The position numbers and the translations under genes are program-made. This document shows, one piece after another, positions 1-8,189 of a stretch of 24,000 nucleotides of DNA; position 1 is the first letter of the stretch; each line of letters opens with the position of its first letter. The stretch comes from Paralysiella testudinis (GTDB taxonomy: Bacteria; Pseudomonadota; Gammaproteobacteria; Burkholderiales; Neisseriaceae), in contig NZ_CP069798.1 of assembly GCF_016894345.1 (NCBI RefSeq), forward strand, positions 865,385-889,384. The letters are read 5' to 3'. Under the pieces are notes generated by a model that was not told where the DNA came from, made no database searches, and was given only the letters and a program-made list of their open reading frames with translations.

Positions 1-821
1 AATCCCCCGGTTTTTTTGAACGTTTGGTGAGCCGCATCGCCGGCGATGCCCCCGAAACCGCCGCCGAAGTATTGCAAACCCTGCGCCAAGCGCACGAGCG
101 CGAAGTATTTGATGCCGACACCCTGCAACGGCTGGAAAACGTGCTCGATTTTGCCGATTTGGAAGTGCGCGACGCCATGATTACGCGCAGCCAAATGGAC
201 GTAATCAAGGCCGACGATGCACTGGAGCGCATCATCGCCTACGCCGTGGAAACCGCCCATTCGCGCTTTCCGGTGATTGGAGAGGATAAAGACCACGTGC
301 TGGGTATTTTGCACGCCAAAGACCTGCTCAAATACTGGGGGCGGCCGGAGCAATTCCAGCTTGAAAGCGTGTTGCGCCAAGCGGTGTTTGTGCCGGAAAG
401 CAAATCGCTGGGCGGCTTGCTGAAAGAATTTCGCGAGCAGCGCATCCATATGGCGATTGTGGTCGACGAATACGGCGGCACTTCCGGCTTGGTTACCTTT
501 GAAGATATTTTGGAGCAAATCATCGGCGACATCGAAGACGAATTCGATGAAGACGACAGCGCCGACAACATCTTTGCTGTTTCCGCCGAGCGCTTCCGCG
601 TCAAAGCGGTAACCGAAATCGACGACATCAACGCCTTTTTCGGCACCGATTACAGCGATGAAGAAGTGGACACCATCGGCGGCCTGGTGATTCAGGAAAT
701 CGGCCATCTGCCCGTGCGCGGCGAAAAAACCAGCATCGGCAAACTCAATTTCACCGTGGCCCGCGCCGACGCCCGCCGTTTGCATACGTTGATGGTAACG
801 GTGAATAAAGAGGCGGAATAG
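1..821 (+). CDS. corC: CorC/HlyC-family Mg/Co transport-associated protein (CBS pair plus CorC_HlyC domain), 5' end cut by window edge
   Basis: The track ORF is 24..821, but the frame stays open back to nt 3 (SPGFFERL-VSRIAG...), so the true start lies upstream of the window. It has CBS-type segments (VRDAMITRSQM..., HMAIVVDEYGGTSGLVTFEDILEQIIG) and a C-terminal transporter-associated domain. The neighbourhood with lnt matches E. coli ybeX-lnt. Confidence 0.85.
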   Translation, partial: SPGFFERLVSRIAGDAPETAAEVLQTLRQAHEREVFDADTLQRLENVLDFADLEVRDAMITRSQMDVIKADDALERIIAYAVETAHSRFPVIGEDKDHVLGILHAKDLLKYWGRPEQFQLESVLRQAVFVPESKSLGGLLKEFREQRIHMAIVVDEYGGTSGLVTFEDILEQIIGDIEDEFDEDDSADNIFAVSAERFRVKAVTEIDDINAFFGTDYSDEEVDTIGGLVIQEIGHLPVRGEKTSIGKLNFTVARADARRLHTLMVTVNKEAE

Positions 822-826
822 GCAAC

Positions 827-838
827 AGGCTGCCTGAA
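827..838 (+). repeat. single DUS 12-mer AGGCTGCCTGAA
   Basis: Exact 12-mer, 6 nt after the corC stop codon. Confidence 0.9.
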
Positions 839-927
839 GAAATGCGTACGGCTGTAGGTCGGATTCTTGAATCCGACATTTGGTCTGCCGCCCTGAGTTT
901 TTGAAAATACCTTATTCACCCACCATC

Positions 928-962
928 CGTTTTCAGGCAGCCTTAAAGGCTGCCTGAAAACG
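928..962. repeat. perfect 35-bp palindrome built from two inverted DUS copies; possible bidirectional hairpin terminator
   Basis: CGTTTTCAGGCAGCCTT-A-AAGGCTGCCTGAAAACG. The 17-nt arms are exact reverse complements. It lies between corC and the DUF808 gene. No clear T-run follows on either strand. Confidence 0.8.
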
Positions 963-979
963 TAAACCGAAAGAAAACC

Positions 980-1867
980 ATGGCTTTTGCCTCTTTATTC
1001 ACCCTGCTTGACGACATCACCGCGGTATTGGACGATGTGGCGCTGATGACCAAAATGGCGGCCAAGAAAACCGCCGGCGTGGTGGGCGACGATTTGGCGC
1101 TCAATGCCAACCAGGTTACCGGCGTGGCCGCCGACCGCGAGCTGCCGATTGTGTGGGCGGTGGCCAAAGGTTCATTGATTAACAAGGTGATTTTGGTGCC
1201 GCTGGCGTTGGCGATTTCTTATTTTGCGCCGTGGCTGGTGATGCCGTTGCTGATGATTGGCGGCGCCTATCTGTGTTTTGAAGGCGTGGAAAAGCTGCTG
1301 CACAAATTTACTCACAAACACAGCGACACAGCAACCGCACCCACAGTGATGACCGACGAGCTGCTGGACGAAAAAGCCAAAATCCGCGGTGCCATCCGCA
1401 CCGATTTTATTTTGTCGGCAGAAATCATCATCATTGCTTTGGGCGTGGTGGCGCACATGGGCATGACGCAAAAGGCGATGGTGATGTCGATTATCGGCAT
1501 CGGCATGACCGTGTTGGTGTACGGCTTGGTAGCAGGCATTGTGAAGCTAGACGACATTGGCAACTGGTTGCAGAGCAAAAGCTCAGCAGCTGCCCGCAGC
1601 GTGGGCCGCGGCCTGATTCTATTGATGCCGTGGTTTATGCGTGCGCTGGCGGTGGTGGGCATGTTGGCGATGTTTTTGGTGGGTGGCGGCATTATTGTGC
1701 ATGGGCTGGCGCCGGTGAGCGAATTTTTGCACGCCCACCATTGGGAAAACGGCCTACCCGGCATGTTGGCCAGCTTGGTGGTGGGGCTGGTTACCGGCGC
1801 GTTGGTGTGTGCGGTGGTGCTGCCATTGATGAAGCTGTTTAACAAATCCGCGGCAGCGACACACTAA
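980..1867 (+). CDS. DUF808 (YedI-like) inner-membrane protein
   Basis: 295-aa polytopic ORF. The N-terminus MAFASLFTLLDDITAVLDDVALMTKMAAKKTAGVVGDDLALNA...RELPIVWAVAKGSLINKVILVP matches the DUF808/YedI family as I remember it. Confidence 0.8.
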   Translation: MAFASLFTLLDDITAVLDDVALMTKMAAKKTAGVVGDDLALNANQVTGVAADRELPIVWAVAKGSLINKVILVPLALAISYFAPWLVMPLLMIGGAYLCFEGVEKLLHKFTHKHSDTATAPTVMTDELLDEKAKIRGAIRTDFILSAEIIIIALGVVAHMGMTQKAMVMSIIGIGMTVLVYGLVAGIVKLDDIGNWLQSKSSAAARSVGRGLILLMPWFMRALAVVGMLAMFLVGGGIIVHGLAPVSEFLHAHHWENGLPGMLASLVVGLVTGALVCAVVLPLMKLFNKSAAATH

Positions 1868-1872
1868 GCAAA

Positions 1873-1884
1873 AGGCTACCTGAA
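1873..1884 (+). repeat. variant DUS AGGCTACCTGAA (one mismatch to the main dialect)
   Basis: Lies in the 19-nt DUF808-lnt spacer, directly upstream of the lnt ATG. A second copy of the same variant is inside lnt at 2819-2830. Confidence 0.7.
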
Positions 1885-1886
1885 AC

Positions 1887-3434
1887 ATGAATCCGCACCG
1901 CCTGTTCTCCCTGCTGCGCCAACCGATTTTGTATTGGCTGCTGTTGCTGGGCTCGGCCTTGCTGACACCGCTGGCGTTTGCACCTTACCGGCTCTATTGG
2001 CTGATGCCGCTGTTGTTCGGGCTGTTGCTGCTGCTCACGCACTTGCGGCCGCAATACATGGTGCGCAGCGCTTATTTATGGGGGCTGGCGGCCTACACAG
2101 CGCAATTTTACTGGATTAACATCGCCTTACACGATGTGGCCGGCTTGCCACAGCTGTATGCCGTACCGCTCACTTTGCTGCTGCCGGCTTATTTGGCGCT
2201 GTATCCGGCCTTGTGTTTCTGGCTGCTGGAAAAATTCCGCCTACCAGCGTTGCCACGCTTGCTGCTGGTGTTGCCGCCGTTGTGGACTTTGGGCGAATAC
2301 GCCCGCGAACACGCACTCACCGGCTTTGGCTGGGGTGCCTTGGGCTATTCGCAAATTGCCGCTTCGCCGTTGGCGGGCTTCGCACCCGTGGGCGGGATTC
2401 ATTTGGTTACACTGGCCACCGCCGGGCTGGCGGCTTTATGGGTGACATTGCTGTTGGCCGACACCCTGCGGCCACGGCTGGGGGCCTTGGCCATGGCCGT
2501 ATTGCTGTTGGTGGCGGGCTACGGCCTCAAACAACACGCATTCACTACGCCAGACGGCACCCGCGCCAGCGTGGCCTTGGGGCAGGGCAATATCGAGCAA
2601 ACGCTGAAATGGAACCCCGAGCAAGTGGCACCCACCTTGCAGCGCTATTACAACCAAGTGGCCGAAAGCCATGCCGATATTGTGATTTTGCCGGAAACGG
2701 CCATTCCGGTAATGCGCCAAGACTTGCCCGAAGGCATCATCAACCAGTTTGCCGACCAAGCCGCCCGTAACGGCTCGGCATTGGCGCTGGGCATCGCCCA
2801 ATACACCGACAACGGCCAAGGCTACCTGAACGCGGTGATTAGCTTAAGTGATTACAATCCCGAGCAGCCCGATGCCTTGCCGTTTTATGCCAAAGACCAT
2901 CTGGTGCCGTTTGGCGAATACATTCCACTGCCCGCGCTCACCGGCTGGCTGTATCAAATGATGAACATCCCCTTATCCGGCTTTACTCCCGGCGGGCAAG
3001 CGCAGGCACCGCTGGTGTTGGGCAACCAGAAAGTGGCGTTCAATATTTGCTATGAAGACGGCTTCGGTGATGAATTGATTGCCTCAGCCAAAGAGGCCAG
3101 CCTGTTGGCCAATGTCAGCAATATGGCTTGGTATGGCAACTCCTACGCCATGGATCAACACTTGCAGCAATCGCAGGCGCGGGCGCTGGAATTGGGGCGC
3201 TATATGGTGCGCGCCACCAATACCGGCATGACCGCCATCATCAACCCGCACGGCCAAATCATCGCCTTGCTGCCGGCCAACACCGCCCAAGTGCTGCATG
3301 GCGAAATTGAAGGCCGCCAAGGCGAAACACCGTATATGCGCTTGGGCAGCAGCCGCCCGCTGATGTTGCTGCTGGCGGGTGTGCTGTTGGGCATGTTTGT
3401 ATGGGCGCGGCGCAGACGTGTATCCATCAATTGA
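1887..3434 (+). CDS. lnt: apolipoprotein N-acyltransferase
   Basis: 515 aa. The N-terminal part is multi-TM and the C-terminal part is a CN-hydrolase domain. Catalytic Glu/Lys/Cys contexts are present: IVILPETAIP, KDHLVPFGEYIP, AFNICYEDGF. Confidence 0.9.
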   Translation: MNPHRLFSLLRQPILYWLLLLGSALLTPLAFAPYRLYWLMPLLFGLLLLLTHLRPQYMVRSAYLWGLAAYTAQFYWINIALHDVAGLPQLYAVPLTLLLPAYLALYPALCFWLLEKFRLPALPRLLLVLPPLWTLGEYAREHALTGFGWGALGYSQIAASPLAGFAPVGGIHLVTLATAGLAALWVTLLLADTLRPRLGALAMAVLLLVAGYGLKQHAFTTPDGTRASVALGQGNIEQTLKWNPEQVAPTLQRYYNQVAESHADIVILPETAIPVMRQDLPEGIINQFADQAARNGSALALGIAQYTDNGQGYLNAVISLSDYNPEQPDALPFYAKDHLVPFGEYIPLPALTGWLYQMMNIPLSGFTPGGQAQAPLVLGNQKVAFNICYEDGFGDELIASAKEASLLANVSNMAWYGNSYAMDQHLQQSQARALELGRYMVRATNTGMTAIINPHGQIIALLPANTAQVLHGEIEGRQGETPYMRLGSSRPLMLLLAGVLLGMFVWARRRRVSIN

Positions 3435-3459
3435 TATGCTGATAAATTAAACATTGGCT

Positions 3460-3471
3460 TTCAGGCAGCCT
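3460..3471 (-). repeat. single DUS (TTCAGGCAGCCT as read on + strand)
   Basis: Exact 12-mer. Its inverted partner at 3536-3547 is 64 nt away. Confidence 0.9.
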
Positions 3472-3529
3472 ATATTTATTTAGCCACACTATTAAGCAAG
3501 AGGGCATACACAACTTTACCTATAATGCC

Positions 3530-3556
3530 GAACCAAGGCTGCCTGAAAAAGTCTGA
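3530..3556 (+). promoter_or_regulatory. candidate sigmaE-type (ECF) promoter upstream of rpoH: GAACCA-N16-TCTGA
   Basis: GAACca at 3530-3535, a 16-nt spacer, then TCTGA at 3552-3556. This has the same geometry as E. coli rpoH P3 and degP (GAACTT-N16-TCTGA). The first 12 nt of the spacer are an exact DUS (3536-3547). Motif match only. Confidence 0.2.
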
Positions 3557-3608
3557 TTGCAGCATAAAAACAGCCGCTTGAGTCCAAACTACGCCGCCAT
3601 CGCCGCAC

Positions 3609-3637
3609 TGGTAAAAAGGCGACAAAAATGATAAAAT
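3609..3637 (+). promoter_or_regulatory. candidate sigma70 extended -10 promoter for rpoH (TGaTAAAAT)
   Basis: TGATAAAAT at 3629-3637 with a weak -35 TGGTAA at 3609-3614 (17-nt spacer). This would give a roughly 60-nt leader to ATG 3704. Confidence 0.2.
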
Positions 3638-3703
3638 ACCCGAGTAATTTAGTCGGTCTTTGCTGTACAACCCAACAGCAAACCCCATATTGAAAGGAAT
3701 GGC

Positions 3704-4555
3704 ATGAATCAAGCAATTGCATTACCTGTACCAACTGGTCACGGCAGCTTGGAGCAATACATTCATACCGTGAACAGCATCCCTTTATTGAGTGCCGAAG
3801 AAGAGCACGATTTGGCCGAGCGCCATATGGCCGGTGATTTGGAAGCGGCCAAAAAACTGATTTTGTCCCATTTGCGCGTGGTGGTGTCGATTGCACGCGG
3901 TTACGACGGCTATGGTTTGAACCAAGCCGATTTGATTCAAGAAGGCAATATCGGCCTGATGAAAGCGGTGAAACGCTTTGAAACCAGCCGTGGCGCACGC
4001 TTGTTTTCCTTTGCCGTGCATTGGATTAAAGCCGAAATCCACGAATTTATCCTGCGCAACTGGCGTTTGGTGCGCATTGCCACCACCAAGCCGCAACGCA
4101 AATTGTTTTTTAACCTGCGCAGCATGCGCAAATCCATGTCGGCATTAAGCGATCGCGAAGCGCAAGCCATTGCTGATGATTTGGGCGTGAAATTGTCGGA
4201 AGTGCTGGAAATGGAACAGCGCATGACCGGCAAAGACATGGCCTTGGTGGGCGAGAGCGACGACGAAGACAGCTTTGCGCCAATCGACTGGCTGGCGGAC
4301 AACGACAGCGAGCCCACACAAATCATGGCGCAAAAAGCGCACTACGCCTTGCAAACCGAAGGCCTGCAAACCGCACTGGCCAAGCTCGACGACCGCAGCC
4401 GCCATATTGTGGAAAGCCGCTGGCTGGCCGACGATGGCGGCCTCACCTTACACGACTTAGCCGGACAATACGGCGTATCCGCCGAGCGCATCCGCCAAAT
4501 CGAAGCCAAAGCGATGCAGAAATTGCGCGGCTTTTTGGTTGAAGCCGAGGCTTAA
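3704..4555 (+). CDS. rpoH: RNA polymerase heat-shock sigma factor sigma-32
   Basis: 283 aa. It has region 2 (DLIQEGNIGLMKAVKRF), the RpoH box QRKLFFNLR, and a region 4 HTH (LHDLAGQYGVSAERIRQIEAKAMQKLR). A GAAAGGA RBS sits just upstream of the ATG. Confidence 0.95.
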   Translation: MNQAIALPVPTGHGSLEQYIHTVNSIPLLSAEEEHDLAERHMAGDLEAAKKLILSHLRVVVSIARGYDGYGLNQADLIQEGNIGLMKAVKRFETSRGARLFSFAVHWIKAEIHEFILRNWRLVRIATTKPQRKLFFNLRSMRKSMSALSDREAQAIADDLGVKLSEVLEMEQRMTGKDMALVGESDDEDSFAPIDWLADNDSEPTQIMAQKAHYALQTEGLQTALAKLDDRSRHIVESRWLADDGGLTLHDLAGQYGVSAERIRQIEAKAMQKLRGFLVEAEA

Positions 4556-4592
4556 GTTTCCGCATCTTGTAAAAATCTGAACCTGCAAAAAC

Positions 4593-4630
4593 AAACGCCA
4601 CCGATGGCTTATCGGTGGCGTTTTTGTATT
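4593..4630 (+). terminator. rho-independent terminator of rpoH
   Basis: AAACGCCACCGAT-GGCTT-ATCGGTGGCGTTT (13-bp stem, 5-nt loop) running into TTTTTGTATTTTT. Confidence 0.8.
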
Positions 4631-4647
4631 TTTGGCGTTTGGGTATT

Positions 4648-4751
4648 ATACCAATTCTACAAAATAATATAACAAGGCGGCGAGCCGAAGACAGTACAAG
4701 TAGTACGGCAAGGCGAGCCAACGCAGTTAGGTTATTTTGTAGAATTGGTAT
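4648..4751. mobile_element. short (about 104 bp) Correia-like MITE with its own type of terminal inverted repeat (TIR)
   Basis: It has 20-bp perfect TIRs: ATACCAATTCTACAAAATAA (4648-4667) and TTATTTTGTAGAATTGGTAT (4732-4751). The interior ACAAGGCGGCGAGCCGAAGACAGTACAAGTAGTACGG-CAAGGCGAGCCAACGC is homologous to the Neisseria Correia core, with the internal roughly 50-bp deletion typical of the short class. Confidence 0.7.
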
Positions 4752-5575
4752 TACTGCCCGGCTTGCCAAGAAAAATGATGGCAGCTGATGGTAAAGCCAT
4801 GCTTCAAATATAGCCGGTGGGCATCGCTGCGAATTTGGCCGACCAAAGAGTCGGTGTGAATGGTGCGGCAGTTTTCGGCGGCGGCCACGGTTTTGATGTG
4901 TTCTAGCAAGAGGCCGGCGTAGCCTTGGCGGGTGGCGTCGTCGCTGGTAACCAAATCGTCGATGTTCAGGTAGCGTCCGGAAGCAAAATTGTGGCCGATG
5001 CGAAAGCCACACACTGCCACCGCATTTTGTTTGCCTTCTTCAAATACCCCCAGCATACGATAGCCTTCGGCGCGCTGGGCGGCCACCAGCTCGGCAAAGC
5101 GGGCAGCATCGCCAATGTGCGGGCGCAGGCGCAGCATGGCGGCAAAAGCCAGTTTGCTGTGGTCGGCATCGATTTCGCGGATTTCGTGGGCTAAGGCCGC
5201 AGGCGCGGCGGCTTCGGCAGCGGTTTGTGCTTCTTGCTGTTGTAGGGCATCTTCCAATGCCACCGGCGCTTCGCTGTCGCCGTGTTCTTCTAATAAGGCT
5301 TTGCAGTCGACAATGCGCAAGTCGTTGTCGTGGGCAAAGTCCATCAGAAAATGGAACATCGATTCGTTGATTTGCTCCAGCTTGCGGTCTACCGCCACGC
5401 AGCGCACATTGTCCACCAAAATTGGGCGCACCCATTGGTGGTAGGCCAAGCGATGGCCTTGGTCGAAAGACGACAAAATCCCACATAGACGCTCGGACCA
5501 ATCGCTGGGGCGGAAGGTTTTGCCATTGCGGGTAATGCCTTGGATGACGATTTCATAAGGATTGCAAATCAGCAT
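4751..5575 (-). CDS. DUF3579-like N-terminal domain fused to a GNAT-family N-acetyltransferase
   Basis: The track ORF is 4751..5692. I prefer ATG 5575 (MLICNPYEIVIQGITRNGKTFRPSDWSERLCG...), because that is where the DUF3579-like sequence begins. An Ala/Glu-rich linker follows, then a GNAT motif-A context (DDATRQGYAGLLLEHI...YLKHGF). The start choice is uncertain. Confidence 0.7.
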   Translation of the reverse strand: MLICNPYEIVIQGITRNGKTFRPSDWSERLCGILSSFDQGHRLAYHQWVRPILVDNVRCVAVDRKLEQINESMFHFLMDFAHDNDLRIVDCKALLEEHGDSEAPVALEDALQQQEAQTAAEAAAPAALAHEIREIDADHSKLAFAAMLRLRPHIGDAARFAELVAAQRAEGYRMLGVFEEGKQNAVAVCGFRIGHNFASGRYLNIDDLVTSDDATRQGYAGLLLEHIKTVAAAENCRTIHTDSLVGQIRSDAHRLYLKHGFTISCHHFSWQAGQ

Positions 5576-5852
5576 AAGGGTCTTTCTAAACGCCCGATTC
5601 GGCGTTGGGTTTGGGCAAACAGCTGTCATTATACCCGAAATGGCCGTGCGGATTGCGGGCGCGGATAGGGTGATGGGTGGTATGGATGCCACAGATGGGC
5701 GTAATGGTGGCGGGCAGGGTTTGGCGGGCTAAAGGTGCCGGGTGGCAGCGGCGGTTTACATTACGGCGGCTGATGTATTGGCTTGGCGATGCGCCGATAC
5801 ATAGTCGTAGCCGATGCAAAAATGGCTGGGTAAATGGCAGACATGATGATTG

Positions 5853-5864
5853 AGGCTGCCTGAA
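5853..5864 (+). repeat. single DUS 12-mer
   Basis: Exact AGGCTGCCTGAA in the long intergenic region. Confidence 0.9.
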
Positions 5865-6231
5865 AGCCCGCTGTGCCGGTGTTTGGGTTAGATGAATGAA
5901 TGATGGGTTGGAAAATTACATTTTCAAGTGCGATGTATTTGTTGTGCAGATCAAAAAGGGTTGATGTGTGTTTTACTTTGGAGAATAAAGATGAATACAA
6001 AAAACCGCTGTGCGGTTGTTTTTAATAATCAAATGTCTGAAATGCGTGTTAAGTGGCATTTAAGTTTAAGTTTACTATAAAAACATATGTAAAATTTTAA
6101 TCAATAGCCTGGGTTGCGTGTTTTGGGTGAAAATTTTATGTGTAATTTTGATACATCTGTGCCAATTTGAAGTGCAGATGTATCGCGATACGGAATTTTG
6201 TTGCAATGCAAAAACAGGTGCAGTAAGGTAA

Positions 6232-6651
<420 letters not shown>

Positions 6652-6684
6652 GGCCATTCAACATCATTGATAAAGGGATTAAAC

Positions 6685-8004
6685 ATGAAAACAAAGATAA
6701 CACAAGCGGCATTGGTGTTGGCCGCATTCACGCCTGGCTGGGCATTGGCGGGTACGGAAGAGTGGTGGAAACCGATGTCGGAAATCAATGCCGGTGATAC
6801 GGCTTGGGTGATGACGTCAGCCGTGCTGGTGCTGCTGATGACCATTCCGGGGCTGGCGTTGTTTTACGGCGGCATGGTGCGCAAAAAAAATGTGCTGGGC
6901 ACCATGATGCACAGTTTTTCCATTGCCGCGCTGGTGAGCGTGTTGTGGATGGCGGTGGGCTATTCGCTGGCGTTTGCACCGGGCAATGCCCTGATTGGCG
7001 GCTTGGATCGCCTGTTTCTGAGCGGCATGGGGCTGGACATGGGCAAACAGATGGTAACGGTGGCGCCCAATGCCGGATCGATTCCCGAAACCGTATTTAT
7101 GTTTTTCCAAATGACGTTTGCGATTATTTCCACCGCCATTGTGACCGGCGCCTTTGCCGAGCGGATGAAATTTTCGGCCATGCTGCTGTTTTCCGGCCTG
7201 TGGGTGGTGCTGGTGTATGCGCCGGTGTGCCACTGGGTATGGGGCGGCGGTTTTATGGGTCATGGCGGCGTACTCGATTATGCCGGGGGCACGGTGGTGC
7301 ACATCAATGCCGGTGTGGCCGGTTTGGTGGCGGCCATTGTGATGGGTAAGCGCGTGGGCTATGGCAAAGAAGCGATGGCACCGCACAATATGGCGTTTAC
7401 GCTGATTGGCGCGGCCATGCTGTGGGTGGGTTGGTTCGGCTTTAACGCCGGCTCAGCGGTGGCGGCCAATGCCAGTGCCGGCATGGCAATGGCGGTAACG
7501 CAAATTGCCGCGGCAGCCGGAGCCTTGATCTGGATGTTGTGCGAAAAACTGGCCGGACACAAACCCTCGGCCTTAGGCTTGGCTTCGGGCGCGGTGGCCG
7601 GCTTGGTGGGCATTACCCCCGCAGCCGGTTTTGTGGGCCCGCAAGCGGCATTGGCCATCGGCGTGCTGACCGCAGTGGGTGCGTATTTTGCTTCGGTGGT
7701 GCTTAAACGCAAGCTGGGCTACGACGATTCGCTGGATGCTTTCGGGATTCACGGCTTTGGCGGCATTGTCGGCGCGGTGCTCACCGGCTTGCTGTTCAGC
7801 AATGCCATTTTCGGCGGCGAAGCCACGGTGGGGCGCCAAGTGCTGATTCAGCTTAAAGATGTGGTAACCACTTTGGTGTACAGCGGCGTGGCCACCTTCG
7901 TTATTTTAAAAGGGGTGTCGGTGGTGTGCGGCGGCTTGCGGGTGGACAAAGATGCCGAACGCGAAGGCTTGGATCTGGCCGTGCATGGCGAGCGGGTGGA
8001 GTAA
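6685..8004 (+). CDS. amtB: ammonium transporter
   Basis: Starts at ATG 6685 (MKTKITQAALVLAAFTPGWALA, a signal-peptide-like N-terminus) after an AAGGGA RBS. It has Amt-family motifs (DTAWVMTSAVLVLLMTIPGLALFYGG, HINAGVAGLV, FGFNAGS, DDSLDAFGIHGFGGIVG). Confidence 0.9.
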   Translation: MKTKITQAALVLAAFTPGWALAGTEEWWKPMSEINAGDTAWVMTSAVLVLLMTIPGLALFYGGMVRKKNVLGTMMHSFSIAALVSVLWMAVGYSLAFAPGNALIGGLDRLFLSGMGLDMGKQMVTVAPNAGSIPETVFMFFQMTFAIISTAIVTGAFAERMKFSAMLLFSGLWVVLVYAPVCHWVWGGGFMGHGGVLDYAGGTVVHINAGVAGLVAAIVMGKRVGYGKEAMAPHNMAFTLIGAAMLWVGWFGFNAGSAVAANASAGMAMAVTQIAAAAGALIWMLCEKLAGHKPSALGLASGAVAGLVGITPAAGFVGPQAALAIGVLTAVGAYFASVVLKRKLGYDDSLDAFGIHGFGGIVGAVLTGLLFSNAIFGGEATVGRQVLIQLKDVVTTLVYSGVATFVILKGVSVVCGGLRVDKDAEREGLDLAVHGERVE

Positions 8005-8027
8005 GCCAAACCGCTGCTGAGTAGACA

Positions 8028-8189
8028 TATAGTTAGTGGAATGAAGAATAAAGTGATACAAGGCGCGAAGCCTCAGGCAGTACAGCTAGTACGGAACAGA
8101 GTTTGTTGGTGCTTTAGCGCCTTACAAAGTCGTTCGCGTAGCGCGTAGGCACAGCAGCGCCGTAGCACTTTGTTATGCATTTCACTATA
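8028..8189. mobile_element. full-length Correia-like MITE (about 160 bp)
   Basis: The ends are TATAGTTAGTGGAATGAAG... and ...GCATTTCACTATA. The core ACAAGGCGCGAAGCCTCAGGCAGTACAGCTAGTACGGAAC...GCGTAGGCACAGCAGCGCCGTAGC is collinear with the Neisseria Correia consensus as I recall it (ACAAGGCGACGAAGCCGCAGACAGTACA.ATAGTACGGAAC...GCTAAGGCGAGGCAACGCCGTA). Confidence 0.8.

Noticed and set aside
3476-3998. ORFs 3476..3712 - and 3516..3998 - across the rpoH leader and 5' coding region.
   Set aside because: They are antisense to rpoH and its leader and cross DUS and AT-rich spacer sequence. Their composition is implausible (Arg/Ser/Cys-rich) and they lack an RBS.
4751-5575. The GNAT gene as a possible GNAT-type toxin of a type II toxin-antitoxin pair.
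   Set aside because: There is no small adjacent RHH/DUF1778-type antitoxin ORF. The GNAT domain is fused to a DUF3579-like domain, and the gene stands alone between a MITE and a long spacer.
5712-5742. G-quadruplex-like run GGG-CA-GGG-TTTGGC-GGG-CTAAAGGTGCC-GGG in the spacer upstream of the GNAT gene, reminiscent of the pilE G4.
   Set aside because: The third loop is 11 nt, the tracts are only G3, and the surrounding DNA is GC-rich, so such patterns are expected by chance. No pilin-related context is present.
5991-6080. The 29-codon mini-ORF with a GGAGA RBS, considered as a feature-level CDS call.
   Set aside because: It uses AT-rich codons (TTA, AGT, AAT) unlike every confident gene here, and I recognise no conservation. 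It is kept only as a note in the finding on the long intergenic region.
6191-6205. Possible sigma-54 promoter (cGGaattttgttGCa) upstream of glnK, which would fit nitrogen control.
   Set aside because: The GG-to-GC spacing is 9 nt instead of the required 10, and the -24 element lacks the TGGCAC context. No better match was found by eye. Some Neisseriaceae also lack functional RpoN.
6201-6214. The 14-mer TTGCAATGCAAAAA occurs twice (6201-6214 and 21633-21646).
   Set aside because: By my rough estimate, a few chance repeats of a single 14-mer are expected in a 24-kb window read on both strands. There is no extended similarity around the two sites.
6893-6900. An A8 homopolymer inside amtB (codons R-K-K-N) as a potential phase-variation tract.
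   Set aside because: It is shorter than tracts that usually slip at useful frequency, it encodes conserved basic residues after TM1, and amtB is not a typical contingency gene.
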